DNA of 64,000 nt from Histomonas meleagridis 2922-C6/04-290x (Eukaryota; Protista; Parabasalia), in contig JAANOX010000268.1 of assembly GCA_020184695.1 (NCBI GenBank), forward strand, positions 62,001 through 126,000. Direction: 5' to 3'. The notes beneath the pieces were generated by a model that searched no databases, was not told where the DNA came from, and was given only the letters and a program-made list of their open reading frames with translations. Position 1 is the stretch's first letter. Every line of letters begins with the position of its first letter. A program made the translations under genes and the position numbers. Positions 21,114 to 30,471 of this stretch are shown one piece after another.

Positions 21114-21911
21114 TCACTGTAACGCCGGTGATTGGGCCTTCCTTTGAGAGAAAAAGGCGGAGTCGATGATATTTTGGGTTTTGACATTTTCATCATTTCG
21201 AAATGTGACTTTCACTTGATTTTGCTTCAATGCTTCTTGTGCTGGTTTGGAGTGAAACCTAACAATTGAAGGGAACCCAAAAATAGGATCAAAATTTCTA
21301 TTAAGCCAATCAATAGTTTCACTATCATCAGAATATCCTGATCCATAACAACGGTCAATACTTGTTTCTGGTTCTGCGAATTCAAAGTTACTGAGTTCTT
21401 GATTTCTTATGATATCTGCATAAAATGATGCAACACGAATTGAGTTTAATCGTGAACTCTCTTTTTTAACACAAACCACCCTCATGAATTGAAATTCCTT
21501 TTGAAGATTTTCTCGAAATTTTTCCATATCACCATCTGACATTACCATTTGTAATGTGTTAATAAATAAGCCTTTAGCTGAAATTGCTTTTGCTAATGAT
21601 TTAATAGCAGATTGGGTCAAAGAGTTTATATCATTTGAATTGTATAGACTTGCACTAATTTCAGCAGCGGAATATGAAATAAAACCAAATCCTATTGGAA
21701 GTGATTTTATGTTGTTTAACTCCAAAACTCTTTGATCTGGATTTATTTGGTCATTACAGCTAACTGTATTCCATTGATACCCAACCTTTGCAAAAGCAGC
21801 CACAAAAACAACCGGACCCACAACAGCATCTATACCAGATATGCCAATTCCCATTTCAATCGGAAGCCCATTAATCTCATCCGGAATTTCGAGGTTTATC
21901 TTGGAGTTCAT
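21114..21911 (-). CDS. RNase H2 subunit A-like protein, catalytic acidic residues apparently lost
   Basis: YGSGYSDD...WLNRNFDPIFGFPSIVRF matches the RNase H2A C-terminus; GIGISGIDAVVGPV replaces GIDEAGRGPVLGPM. Confidence 0.8.
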   Translation of the reverse strand: MNSKINLEIPDEINGLPIEMGIGISGIDAVVGPVVFVAAFAKVGYQWNTVSCNDQINPDQRVLELNNIKSLPIGFGFISYSAAEISASLYNSNDINSLTQSAIKSLAKAISAKGLFINTLQMVMSDGDMEKFRENLQKEFQFMRVVCVKKESSRLNSIRVASFYADIIRNQELSNFEFAEPETSIDRCYGSGYSDDSETIDWLNRNFDPIFGFPSIVRFHSKPAQEALKQNQVKVTFRNDENVKTQNIIDSAFFSQRKAQSPALQ

Positions 21912-22115
21912 CTTGATGTAAAGTATTCAAACTGTATGTAGACCGTTTAGACCAAACAGTTTTTGATTCGAATTAAATTTGAAGCAAAAGATAAAAAAAA
22001 AAGAAGTGTTTAATTTTGATATATTTTTCAAATAATCACAACTTTAATATGAATGAGATAAACTCAAAAACAAATAAAAGAAGAAAAAAATTTATTTCCA
22101 CATAAATTGTATAAT

Positions 22116-24707
22116 TTATTTTTTAAAGACAGCATAAATTTCGCTCAATGCCCTTCTGATGAGCTCCAAATTCATTGATTTTCTACAAAACAATAATTGG
22201 AAGGCAATTTTCAGCAATCCAGGCATTTCGCTTGGTGGGATATTTTCCATTTGTTGATAATTATTAATAATTTCGAACAAATTTTGCAAGTAACCACTTA
22301 TCCTCTCCAATTCTTTAATTTGAAAGACAATTGCTAAGAATTTATTTGTTAAATCATTTCTTAATCGATAACAAATTTTGAAGAACTTTTGGAAAAGTGC
22401 TCCGTTATCGTCGAAATCGTAAAATATTGAATTTGAGAACGATGTAAAAAGACCACAAATCAAAAAAACGAATATTTCCGATTCAATTTCTTTTGGTGTA
22501 TTTTGGATGTTTCTGCAGCAAAATATCATATATAATATCTCTATTAATAAATAATGTATATACGAATTAAAGCAATTACAAAAGCATTCTTTGATTAACC
22601 CAATTGATAAAAAATAATTCCATATATCATCATCACTTAATTTCCGAATTGCTTTTCGAAAATGTTCCAAAACTTTTATGTTCAATTCATCATTTGAAGT
22701 TGGTTTTATATGAAAAAGATAAATAACATCTCGAGAATATAATAATTCGATTATATTCATATGACATGATTGAGGATTATTAATTAATACATTACTTAAC
22801 CATTCACGAACGTGGTTAATATTATCACCAAACATATACTCTTTTAATAACTTATGTATTATTTGACATAATATTTCTTGTACCACCCAAGAATCGCACA
22901 TAAAAAAATTGAGAGGGCACGTTAAGTTTTGAATAGTTTGCAAATAAATTTGATTTTTGAATGCTTGATTTCGTGTTGTATTCGCCACTTTTTCAAGTGT
23001 TGCTGTGAATTTGAATGTTGTGGATAGGGCACCCTGTCCGTCACCGTTTACCAATTGTTCCGTTAAAATAATTTGAAATTTCGCTAAATTTTGTAAAATA
23101 ATAATTTGTAATTCTTCGTTTTCATGGTTCGGAAACAGCTTCAAAAAGTCGATAATAAAATCTGAGAAAGTAAAATCCAAATTTTTAACTTTGTTTAGAA
23201 TAATTCCAATATTTTCTACGTCGTCTTGTTCTAAGTTAATATTTTGGAATTTCTCCAACAATTGATAACAAAATGGTATAAATCGTTGTGACAAAAGATT
23301 ATCGAACTTAAATGCAGCGATTTTTAATATGTTTTTTCTATCGACTATCGTTAACTTATCGAAATAACAAACCAAAAAACAAAATGATGAAAATGTGAAT
23401 TCTGATTGCTTTAACTTTAAAAGAACTTGTTCAAACAATGGATCATCACCGAATCTTTCGTGTTTTAAACATTCCGCGATGAAGAAAATCCCATTGTTAT
23501 CATTATTAGGGTCATTAATTAATTGAGAAAAATATGATTTAAAGATTACATTCGAAGTTTCATATAAATCGCCTGAGAAATTCTTTAAGAGTCCGACTAA
23601 TGAACAATTATAATTCATATACATAAAGTTAATGAAGTATGGAATCACAATTGATAATACATTTTCCTTAAATGGATTACAAGGAATATTTTCTGCATTT
23701 GTACTCCATCGATATAACAATTGTATTAATGGTAACGCTAAATCAATTACATCCCCAAATTGGAAATTGTTTTGTATAATGTTAAAGACATTTGGTATAA
23801 AGCCAAAGATATTTCCTAACGTTTCGAATCGTGAAAAGTCAACTAAGATCATACACTTAGCTAATTGACTCCATAAATCCATTAAAAGTTCCGAATTTGC
23901 ATTTTGACACAATGAACTGGTGATAAATATAAATATATGTAAAAGTTTATCAACACGATTCATCGAGTCAACATCTTGCGTACAAAGATCAAAAAATTGG
24001 AGGTTCTCAAGAAAATCAGTGATTATCTCACAAAACAAAAAGAGGATCCCATCGTCGTGAATTGGCTGCGAAATTAAATTAGATAAAATGTCAAGAAATA
24101 AAAATGTGATTTCAAAAAATTTATAATTTTGTTCAGGCATTGAAAAAATAGTTTTAAGTGTAACATTGAGAAGCTGAAGCCATTCAATGTTGGGTTGGTT
24201 CTTGAAGAGAAAATGAAGAGAATGAGAAATAAATTCATTCTTTTTGGTAAAATATTCTCGGATTGTATATTTGGCCCTAACAAATTCTTTGTCGAAATTA
24301 TGAAGAATAAGCTGAAGAAATCGAGGATAAAAATTTCCATGTGCAGTTAAGATAAATTCAAATAAATTTGGATTATAGATTATTTGAATATCAGAAAGTA
24401 CCTCGAGAGCTTCACTTATTACCATTTCATTGGTTTGGTTTGAAAGTAGAATTTTTAATGAATCAGTTATAGAAATTATGTTATTATTGATATAATCGAA
24501 GTATAAGTTAATAACTTGATGTCTTATCATTGTTAGGATAATAAATTTCACGTGATCATTTACAATGTTTGGATTATTTGCTAAAGAATTCAACAATGCA
24601 ACAAAATATTGAGAATATTCTGGACTATCCTGGATGAGCTCAAGCTTTTCTATTGAAGTATGATCGCCATTTCTCCAGCCTTCACAGAGGACCAGGAAAT
24701 TCTCCAT
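22116..24707 (-). CDS. HEAT-repeat alpha-solenoid protein, possibly importin-beta-like
   Basis: 863-aa helical ORF; N-terminus weakly resembles IBN_N. Confidence 0.6.
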   Translation of the reverse strand: MENFLVLCEGWRNGDHTSIEKLELIQDSPEYSQYFVALLNSLANNPNIVNDHVKFIILTMIRHQVINLYFDYINNNIISITDSLKILLSNQTNEMVISEALEVLSDIQIIYNPNLFEFILTAHGNFYPRFLQLILHNFDKEFVRAKYTIREYFTKKNEFISHSLHFLFKNQPNIEWLQLLNVTLKTIFSMPEQNYKFFEITFLFLDILSNLISQPIHDDGILFLFCEIITDFLENLQFFDLCTQDVDSMNRVDKLLHIFIFITSSLCQNANSELLMDLWSQLAKCMILVDFSRFETLGNIFGFIPNVFNIIQNNFQFGDVIDLALPLIQLLYRWSTNAENIPCNPFKENVLSIVIPYFINFMYMNYNCSLVGLLKNFSGDLYETSNVIFKSYFSQLINDPNNDNNGIFFIAECLKHERFGDDPLFEQVLLKLKQSEFTFSSFCFLVCYFDKLTIVDRKNILKIAAFKFDNLLSQRFIPFCYQLLEKFQNINLEQDDVENIGIILNKVKNLDFTFSDFIIDFLKLFPNHENEELQIIILQNLAKFQIILTEQLVNGDGQGALSTTFKFTATLEKVANTTRNQAFKNQIYLQTIQNLTCPLNFFMCDSWVVQEILCQIIHKLLKEYMFGDNINHVREWLSNVLINNPQSCHMNIIELLYSRDVIYLFHIKPTSNDELNIKVLEHFRKAIRKLSDDDIWNYFLSIGLIKECFCNCFNSYIHYLLIEILYMIFCCRNIQNTPKEIESEIFVFLICGLFTSFSNSIFYDFDDNGALFQKFFKICYRLRNDLTNKFLAIVFQIKELERISGYLQNLFEIINNYQQMENIPPSEMPGLLKIAFQLLFCRKSMNLELIRRALSEIYAVFKK

Positions 24708-25708
24708 TTAGGTGAAGTGCTATTAGCCTTATGGTAAATTTGAGAGAAAATTGGCCGTTTGCTTTTGGTTTGTCCACAAATGCTTGTTTACTTTACACTA
24801 ACTGCTTAGAAAAATTACTTTTTCAATCATTGCTGCTTCTTAGTTTTCTTCCATAAAATTATCAGATGTTCATGAATAAACAACATAGTTAAATGAAAAA
24901 TACACGTTTATTAATGCAGATGTATCGATTTTGATTAACTTTTTGAAGATCTGGATGATATTTCATATTCATATATAAAATATTGATAATTTATGATTAA
25001 TATAAGTAGGCTATAATAATCTTTTGATAAAAATTGCTCAATTTAGCATGATAATGTGAAAAGGGCATTCTAAAAATAATATAAAATTGAAATAAAAGTT
25101 GTTGTAAAATTTTTCAATTTGCTTTTCTAAGAATGGATTTGCCAAAATTGAACTGAATAGTCGTAATATTTACTTTTTCTGGAAATTTGAAATGTTATCG
25201 ATATTTCTAAAATTCATTTATCTGATTAAAAAATAAAAATGGATCTCAAACAAACTTAAAAGCTAAGGAACTTTATGTTCTTGCTCGCTTCGGCAAATAT
25301 TCACAGTTCAGATCTTAAAAATTGAATTAATTAAAAATAATATTGATATTTTTTCATGCATGTTAAATTCAATATTTCACTTTATTTTATTTGCTATTTT
25401 TTAATTTTTGTCACATGTAAAATATTATGGTAAATTAACAAAACAAGTTTTCCTTGTTCATGGCATTTTTCAATATTTATCGTCACTTCTGGGTTGTTTT
25501 GTAAAGAATTTTTGAATGGCTGGCAAAAACTATTCAATACATTGCATTGAAATGAACCGACATTTTGTTCAAATAACGGCGAAAACTTATTCAAATTTGA
25601 AAGTACTTTTTCAATTCACTCATGTTCATCTTCATTGAACGTTAATCATCAGCACATCAAATTTGATGTTTTCAATCATACATAAAAATAATTTTAATTC
25701 TCATTAAA

Positions 25709-27283
25709 CTAAAGGTCCATCACAAGGACCAAGCCATAGCCAACAGAAGCAATAATCAATGCAGAGCCAAGTACAACAGGCCAACCAGCGAAGAAAAACT
25801 CAGGTCCGGTTAAGAAATGTTCATTTGTTTGTTTCATCGGGTTGTTAACTTCATGTTTCTGTACGCCATAAACCAAAGCTGTTGGGAACGATGAAATATG
25901 AAACAGTTGAGCACATCCGACCATCATTGCCGACAACGTCAAGAACAAAATTGGACTTCCGATATCTAATCCAATTTGATTCAAAACTGGGAACAAAATG
26001 GCAGCAGCTGATGTATGATTGATGACTGAAACGAGTATACCAATCACTAACAAGAATATTAAAATGATAACAAACAAAGGAATACCTTTCATAGCATTTG
26101 CTATCCCATTCGATAGCAAAGTCAACAGTCCCGATGCATTCATAGCTTCGCCTAAAGCAATACCACCGCCCATCAATGACAAAGTTGACCATCTGAAGTT
26201 ACCGAAGTCTTCCGAATTCAGAATCTTCGTCGAGAAGAACGAAATCACTGGAATCAAAGCAGTAATACCCACGTGTCCGAAGAATCCGGGGAACTCTTCT
26301 TGCATTGCCCATAGTATAATCGTAATCAAAGTCACTGCGCAAGTGAATGTATGTTTCCAAGTCCATTTACCGAAGTCTGTATTCGAATTTATCATTAATT
26401 CATCGGAAGAAGTTTTGTAGCGTAATCTCAAATAGAAATACGTAAGTATTAATATTACAAACGCTGTTGGACCGGCGAATCCGATCCATTGTATGAATGA
26501 TATTGACGCGGCGCCGCTTTCGTTGATGTATTTAATCGCTAATATGTTTTGGACTGATGCAATTGTCGTTACTAAGCCACCGGAATTACCGCTCCACGCT
26601 AAGCCCAACAAAAGCTGTTTGATGAATGGATCATTTGGACTTAACGATCGGATTATTGGCAATGTGAATGTTAAGAGTAATGTCGTGGAAGCGATGTTAG
26701 ATAAGAAGGCGGCCGTGGAAAAGTTTAATAGCATAATTGCGAATAAGACAACTTTTGGTTTTTGTGAGATTTTGGATAATGCAAATGAAGATAAGCGATC
26801 TGTGATTTGTAATTTGGTTAACGCTTCGCTCATAGTTAGTGAACCCAAAAACACGAAAATTATTGGGTCCATAAATTTTGCGGCGATCCGTGTGGCTAAT
26901 TGACTGGCCGGAATTCGTCGGCCTGTGTTATTGTCATAGCCAATGCTAAACCAAATGGATAAAAAAGGTATTAAATACGCTGTGGTATAAGATGGGATAA
27001 GATCAGTGGCCCATAGAAAGGCGCCCAAAATTAATATGGCGAAACATGTGTGAGCCGTTGGATATGAGGGGAAAATCGGGCAGACATAGATAATACAGAA
27101 AATTGCAACTGCTGTAAGCGGTAAAAATGATAATAATTTGTTCTTCTTTTGCTCTTTTTCTGGATCTCCGGATACTGCTCGAATTACTTCATCTGCATCG
27201 GTGGAACTAAGTCTACGAACTCGTCCATATGATTCTAGATCTGGATCATTCGATTCCAGTATTTGGAAGTTTTTGTGTTTCAT
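25709..27283 (-). CDS. SLC13/DASS family anion transporter (Pho87/Pho90-like, no SPX domain)
   Basis: About 12 TM segments; FLSNIAST, GLAWSGNSGG, SVINHTSAA, SSFPTA motifs. Confidence 0.85.
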   Translation of the reverse strand: MKHKNFQILESNDPDLESYGRVRRLSSTDADEVIRAVSGDPEKEQKKNKLLSFLPLTAVAIFCIIYVCPIFPSYPTAHTCFAILILGAFLWATDLIPSYTTAYLIPFLSIWFSIGYDNNTGRRIPASQLATRIAAKFMDPIIFVFLGSLTMSEALTKLQITDRLSSFALSKISQKPKVVLFAIMLLNFSTAAFLSNIASTTLLLTFTLPIIRSLSPNDPFIKQLLLGLAWSGNSGGLVTTIASVQNILAIKYINESGAASISFIQWIGFAGPTAFVILILTYFYLRLRYKTSSDELMINSNTDFGKWTWKHTFTCAVTLITIILWAMQEEFPGFFGHVGITALIPVISFFSTKILNSEDFGNFRWSTLSLMGGGIALGEAMNASGLLTLLSNGIANAMKGIPLFVIILIFLLVIGILVSVINHTSAAAILFPVLNQIGLDIGSPILFLTLSAMMVGCAQLFHISSFPTALVYGVQKHEVNNPMKQTNEHFLTGPEFFFAGWPVVLGSALIIASVGYGLVLVMDL

Positions 27284-27381
27284 TGATGAAGTGAATGGGG
27301 GTGCCCCGAATGAGGATCAAAATGAATTCAAAATTGTTCAAAAATAATTTAAAATAAAAATAAAAATATATAAATAATATT

Positions 27382-28722
27382 TTATTTTGGAAAGCCTAAA
27401 ACATTTAAAAATTTCTTGGAGTCTATCGAGAGATCATCAACTATAAATGATTGATCTGCTTTAAATTGATTTGATGAAGATGTAGAAGTTCTTTGTTGAT
27501 TTTTCTTACTGTTGTTATTGTCAATAGACGAAGGTAAACGAATCGTATCTGACACATATCTTGAAGAACTTTTTGTTTCTGTTTGAGATATTTTTGGTTT
27601 TAAAGGATAATTTCGGGGTTGTTCATTTGGTGTTAATGATTTCTTTTGTTCTGTTGGTATATAAGGTCTTGGTATCGTTGGTGATATATCTATCACATTC
27701 GATTGTTCGACTTTTAACTTTGTTGGCGTCTTTTGCTCTGGTGTAGGATGTTGCTTTGGTGTAAAAAACTTTGGAATTCGTGGAGTTGTTTCTTGTCTTC
27801 GAATAGAAGAAAGAATTGTATTTAGAAGATCTTTGATTTCTTCATCACGTTCTTTTAATAATTCAATCATCTTAGCTTCTCTTTCTTCTAGTTGTTTTCG
27901 GAGATCTATAATTTCTTTATGCATAGATTGGATTAAAGAAATAATTTGATCTTGATTAAACCCATTTAATGATATTTGATCAAGGAAATCCGATTTTTCT
28001 TCTTCTTCGGTAGTTTCAATTGGTTTCATTATCTTTTTTTGTGGTGATGAAATATCTACTTGATATATATGAAATTTATCATCAAGTGAACATTCAATAT
28101 TATAAAGAACACCATTAATTGCTGCATGAATAGGAAGAGTAAATGCTACATATAGCGAAAATGATAAATTAATAATACGAGGATCATTATCTAAAGTAAG
28201 ACCAATATAATAAGCTTCAACAAAATTATTTACAGCTTTGATTTTATAATAAGCTTCAGTAACTTTCCTAGTAGTACAATTTTTTATTCCTTTTAATGGT
28301 TCAATTGATACAATGAAATTAGGAAATACCATTTCAAAATTGAGGTGTAAAGCATCTGTATATACAGCAGTACAATATAAATAATAATACGAATCAGATG
28401 AAAATGATGATGTTTCTGCTGCTCCTTGAAGATATGATTGGTAATTGTCATCCACATCCCATTGTGTTGGTTCTTCTGAATCTTTTTTGAATACTAAAAA
28501 AGATGGAATTTCACCAACTCCAAATTGGTAGCCTTCTTCTCCATGAGGAATAAATTTAAAATATGTTAGTAAAATTTCTTCAGTTGTATATTCAATTTTT
28601 CCAATTAATAATCCTGTAAAATTTTCTTCCTTTTTTGAAAATTGGATAATCTCTGTAAACACGTCTTTCTCAACTTTGATAAAAGGAATTGTTGACTGAA
28701 ATCCTATAGTTTTCTTTTGCAT
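27382..28722 (-). CDS. Globular N-terminus, coiled coil and low-complexity tail; candidate divergent STIL-like centriole protein
   Basis: 446-aa ORF with central coiled coil; N-terminal pattern resembles STIL_N by eye only. Confidence 0.6.
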   Translation of the reverse strand: MQKKTIGFQSTIPFIKVEKDVFTEIIQFSKKEENFTGLLIGKIEYTTEEILLTYFKFIPHGEEGYQFGVGEIPSFLVFKKDSEEPTQWDVDDNYQSYLQGAAETSSFSSDSYYYLYCTAVYTDALHLNFEMVFPNFIVSIEPLKGIKNCTTRKVTEAYYKIKAVNNFVEAYYIGLTLDNDPRIINLSFSLYVAFTLPIHAAINGVLYNIECSLDDKFHIYQVDISSPQKKIMKPIETTEEEEKSDFLDQISLNGFNQDQIISLIQSMHKEIIDLRKQLEEREAKMIELLKERDEEIKDLLNTILSSIRRQETTPRIPKFFTPKQHPTPEQKTPTKLKVEQSNVIDISPTIPRPYIPTEQKKSLTPNEQPRNYPLKPKISQTETKSSSRYVSDTIRLPSSIDNNNSKKNQQRTSTSSSNQFKADQSFIVDDLSIDSKKFLNVLGFPK

Positions 28723-29168
28723 TGCAGATATTATTTTTAAACGAATTTTTGTACGTTAATGAATATAAAATCATCAAGCATCGAATCCAATTATCCTTTG
28801 TATAAACCAAAATGCACATTTACCTAAGAATCATTCGCGACACAAAATTTCGTCAACCATAAAAATCAAATTTATTAATAAATTTCTTCATGAAAAAATT
28901 GTTATGTCATAGAAGAAAAGATTGTTAACAAAGCTATTTCCTTATAGATTCTCAAAGGAATTTTTCCTTTTTGCTACAATATCTTATTAAAGATGAAATT
29001 CTTCTCATTTTCTTTTCCGACATAATGACTTGATAACAATTTAAATTCTATGCGAGCCGTCCATTTAACCAACTATATAAAAATATTTTAAATTAATGAG
29101 AAAAAAGTATTTCATGAAATATTTACTACAGAAAAAATCGTAAATTTACTTTCCGCAAAAAGCTGTAG

Positions 29169-29582
29169 TTAGTCAACGCAAAGAAGTGAAGTTCCTGGGA
29201 GATCAACAAGTTGAGAATTTATAAACGAACTTGTTGGGACAAGTTTTTGTTCTTCGGAGGAAACACCATCGCTGTTTGATTCCTTCTCCATCATCCAATT
29301 AGCAGAATCAAACAATTTTATATTTTCTCTCTTTGTCTTAGCATTTTTATTTATCTCGATATTTCCAAAACTACCGTGTGTTTCCACAAGAGACAGTGGA
29401 GAATCTGTTGGGTCTTTAGGAATTTTACATTCAAGAACTGTTGTTGGTAATTCATTTTTTGATTCTTTACCATGGTTCATTGCATATTCGGCAGAGTCAA
29501 AAAATTTAATGTTTTTACGTTTCTCTTTTGCTTTCTGTGATTTCATCAGTGATCCATGCCTGGTGTGATTCGAATCAGACAT
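29169..29582 (-). CDS. Endosulfine/ARPP19/Igo-like protein with two FDS motifs
   Basis: KFFDSAEYAM and KLFDSANWMM resemble KYFDSGDY; small hydrophilic protein. Confidence 0.65.
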   Translation of the reverse strand: MSDSNHTRHGSLMKSQKAKEKRKNIKFFDSAEYAMNHGKESKNELPTTVLECKIPKDPTDSPLSLVETHGSFGNIEINKNAKTKRENIKLFDSANWMMEKESNSDGVSSEEQKLVPTSSFINSQLVDLPGTSLLCVD

Positions 29583-30471
29583 TTATTTGTTTGACAATTT
29601 GACTACTTTTTCATAGTAACGGTCTGGCCAAGCGATTTATCGGCCGAGCGGCTGACTTCACCGCAATTCCAACTTTCAAATTGAAATCATTTACATTAGG
29701 CAATTCAATAAGACCATAAAGAGGACGTTCTCTTTGTTTATTCCAACTTTGTTTGAGAAAAATGTCTATGAGGAATTTTATTGCTAAATGGACTGCAAAA
29801 TTCTTCTCTGAAAATTGTGGATTCTGGAATTCAATTTAATTTTTGTGAAAAAAATTGTAATAAACCGTTGTGTAAAGCACTCAAAAGCGTGAGTTAAACT
29901 TTTTGAGCATCATTTTTAATAGTTTTAGCTGTTATCGGTACATTCAAAAAGTGAAAATTGAGATAAAAAAGTTGTGTTTTAACTGTTGGAAAACTGTTTT
30001 TAATTTCCATGTAAAGTTGAACCTATAATTAAAGAATGCAATCAAATTAAATAAATGTTAATTTAATTAAATAATAATTAAGTGTTGATCCAATAAATTT
30101 AACGATGTTCAATAATTGATTCATTAATGAATTCCACTGTGGAATGTTCCAAACAAAACGAATGCGCTTTCGATACCTTTCTTTTGTTGTTATTTTTGTT
30201 TCAATTTTCTCTTCTTCATATGTTCTGTTATTTCATTCACTTTTGTTGTCAATTTTTCAATTAATCATTTTTCAATTTAATTCTAATTCGAACTAAATTT
30301 ATTTCATTAATTTCCCAATTTTTCTTATTCCTATAGTCAATTCCAAGTGTTAACGTGTTACCAAGTTGTGAAGATTCAGCACATTTCAGTGATCGAAAAT
30401 TCCACTCACTGCGTTATACTTCACTGAATACGTTAAAATTTGACTGTTTTATAAATTGGGAATAAGTGCAT

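Noticed and set aside
30365-30428. Possible box C/D snoRNA (GTGAAGA...CTGA with ttcagtga/tcactgaa inverted repeat)
   Set aside because: Imperfect C box, no terminal stem and no recognisable rRNA antisense element
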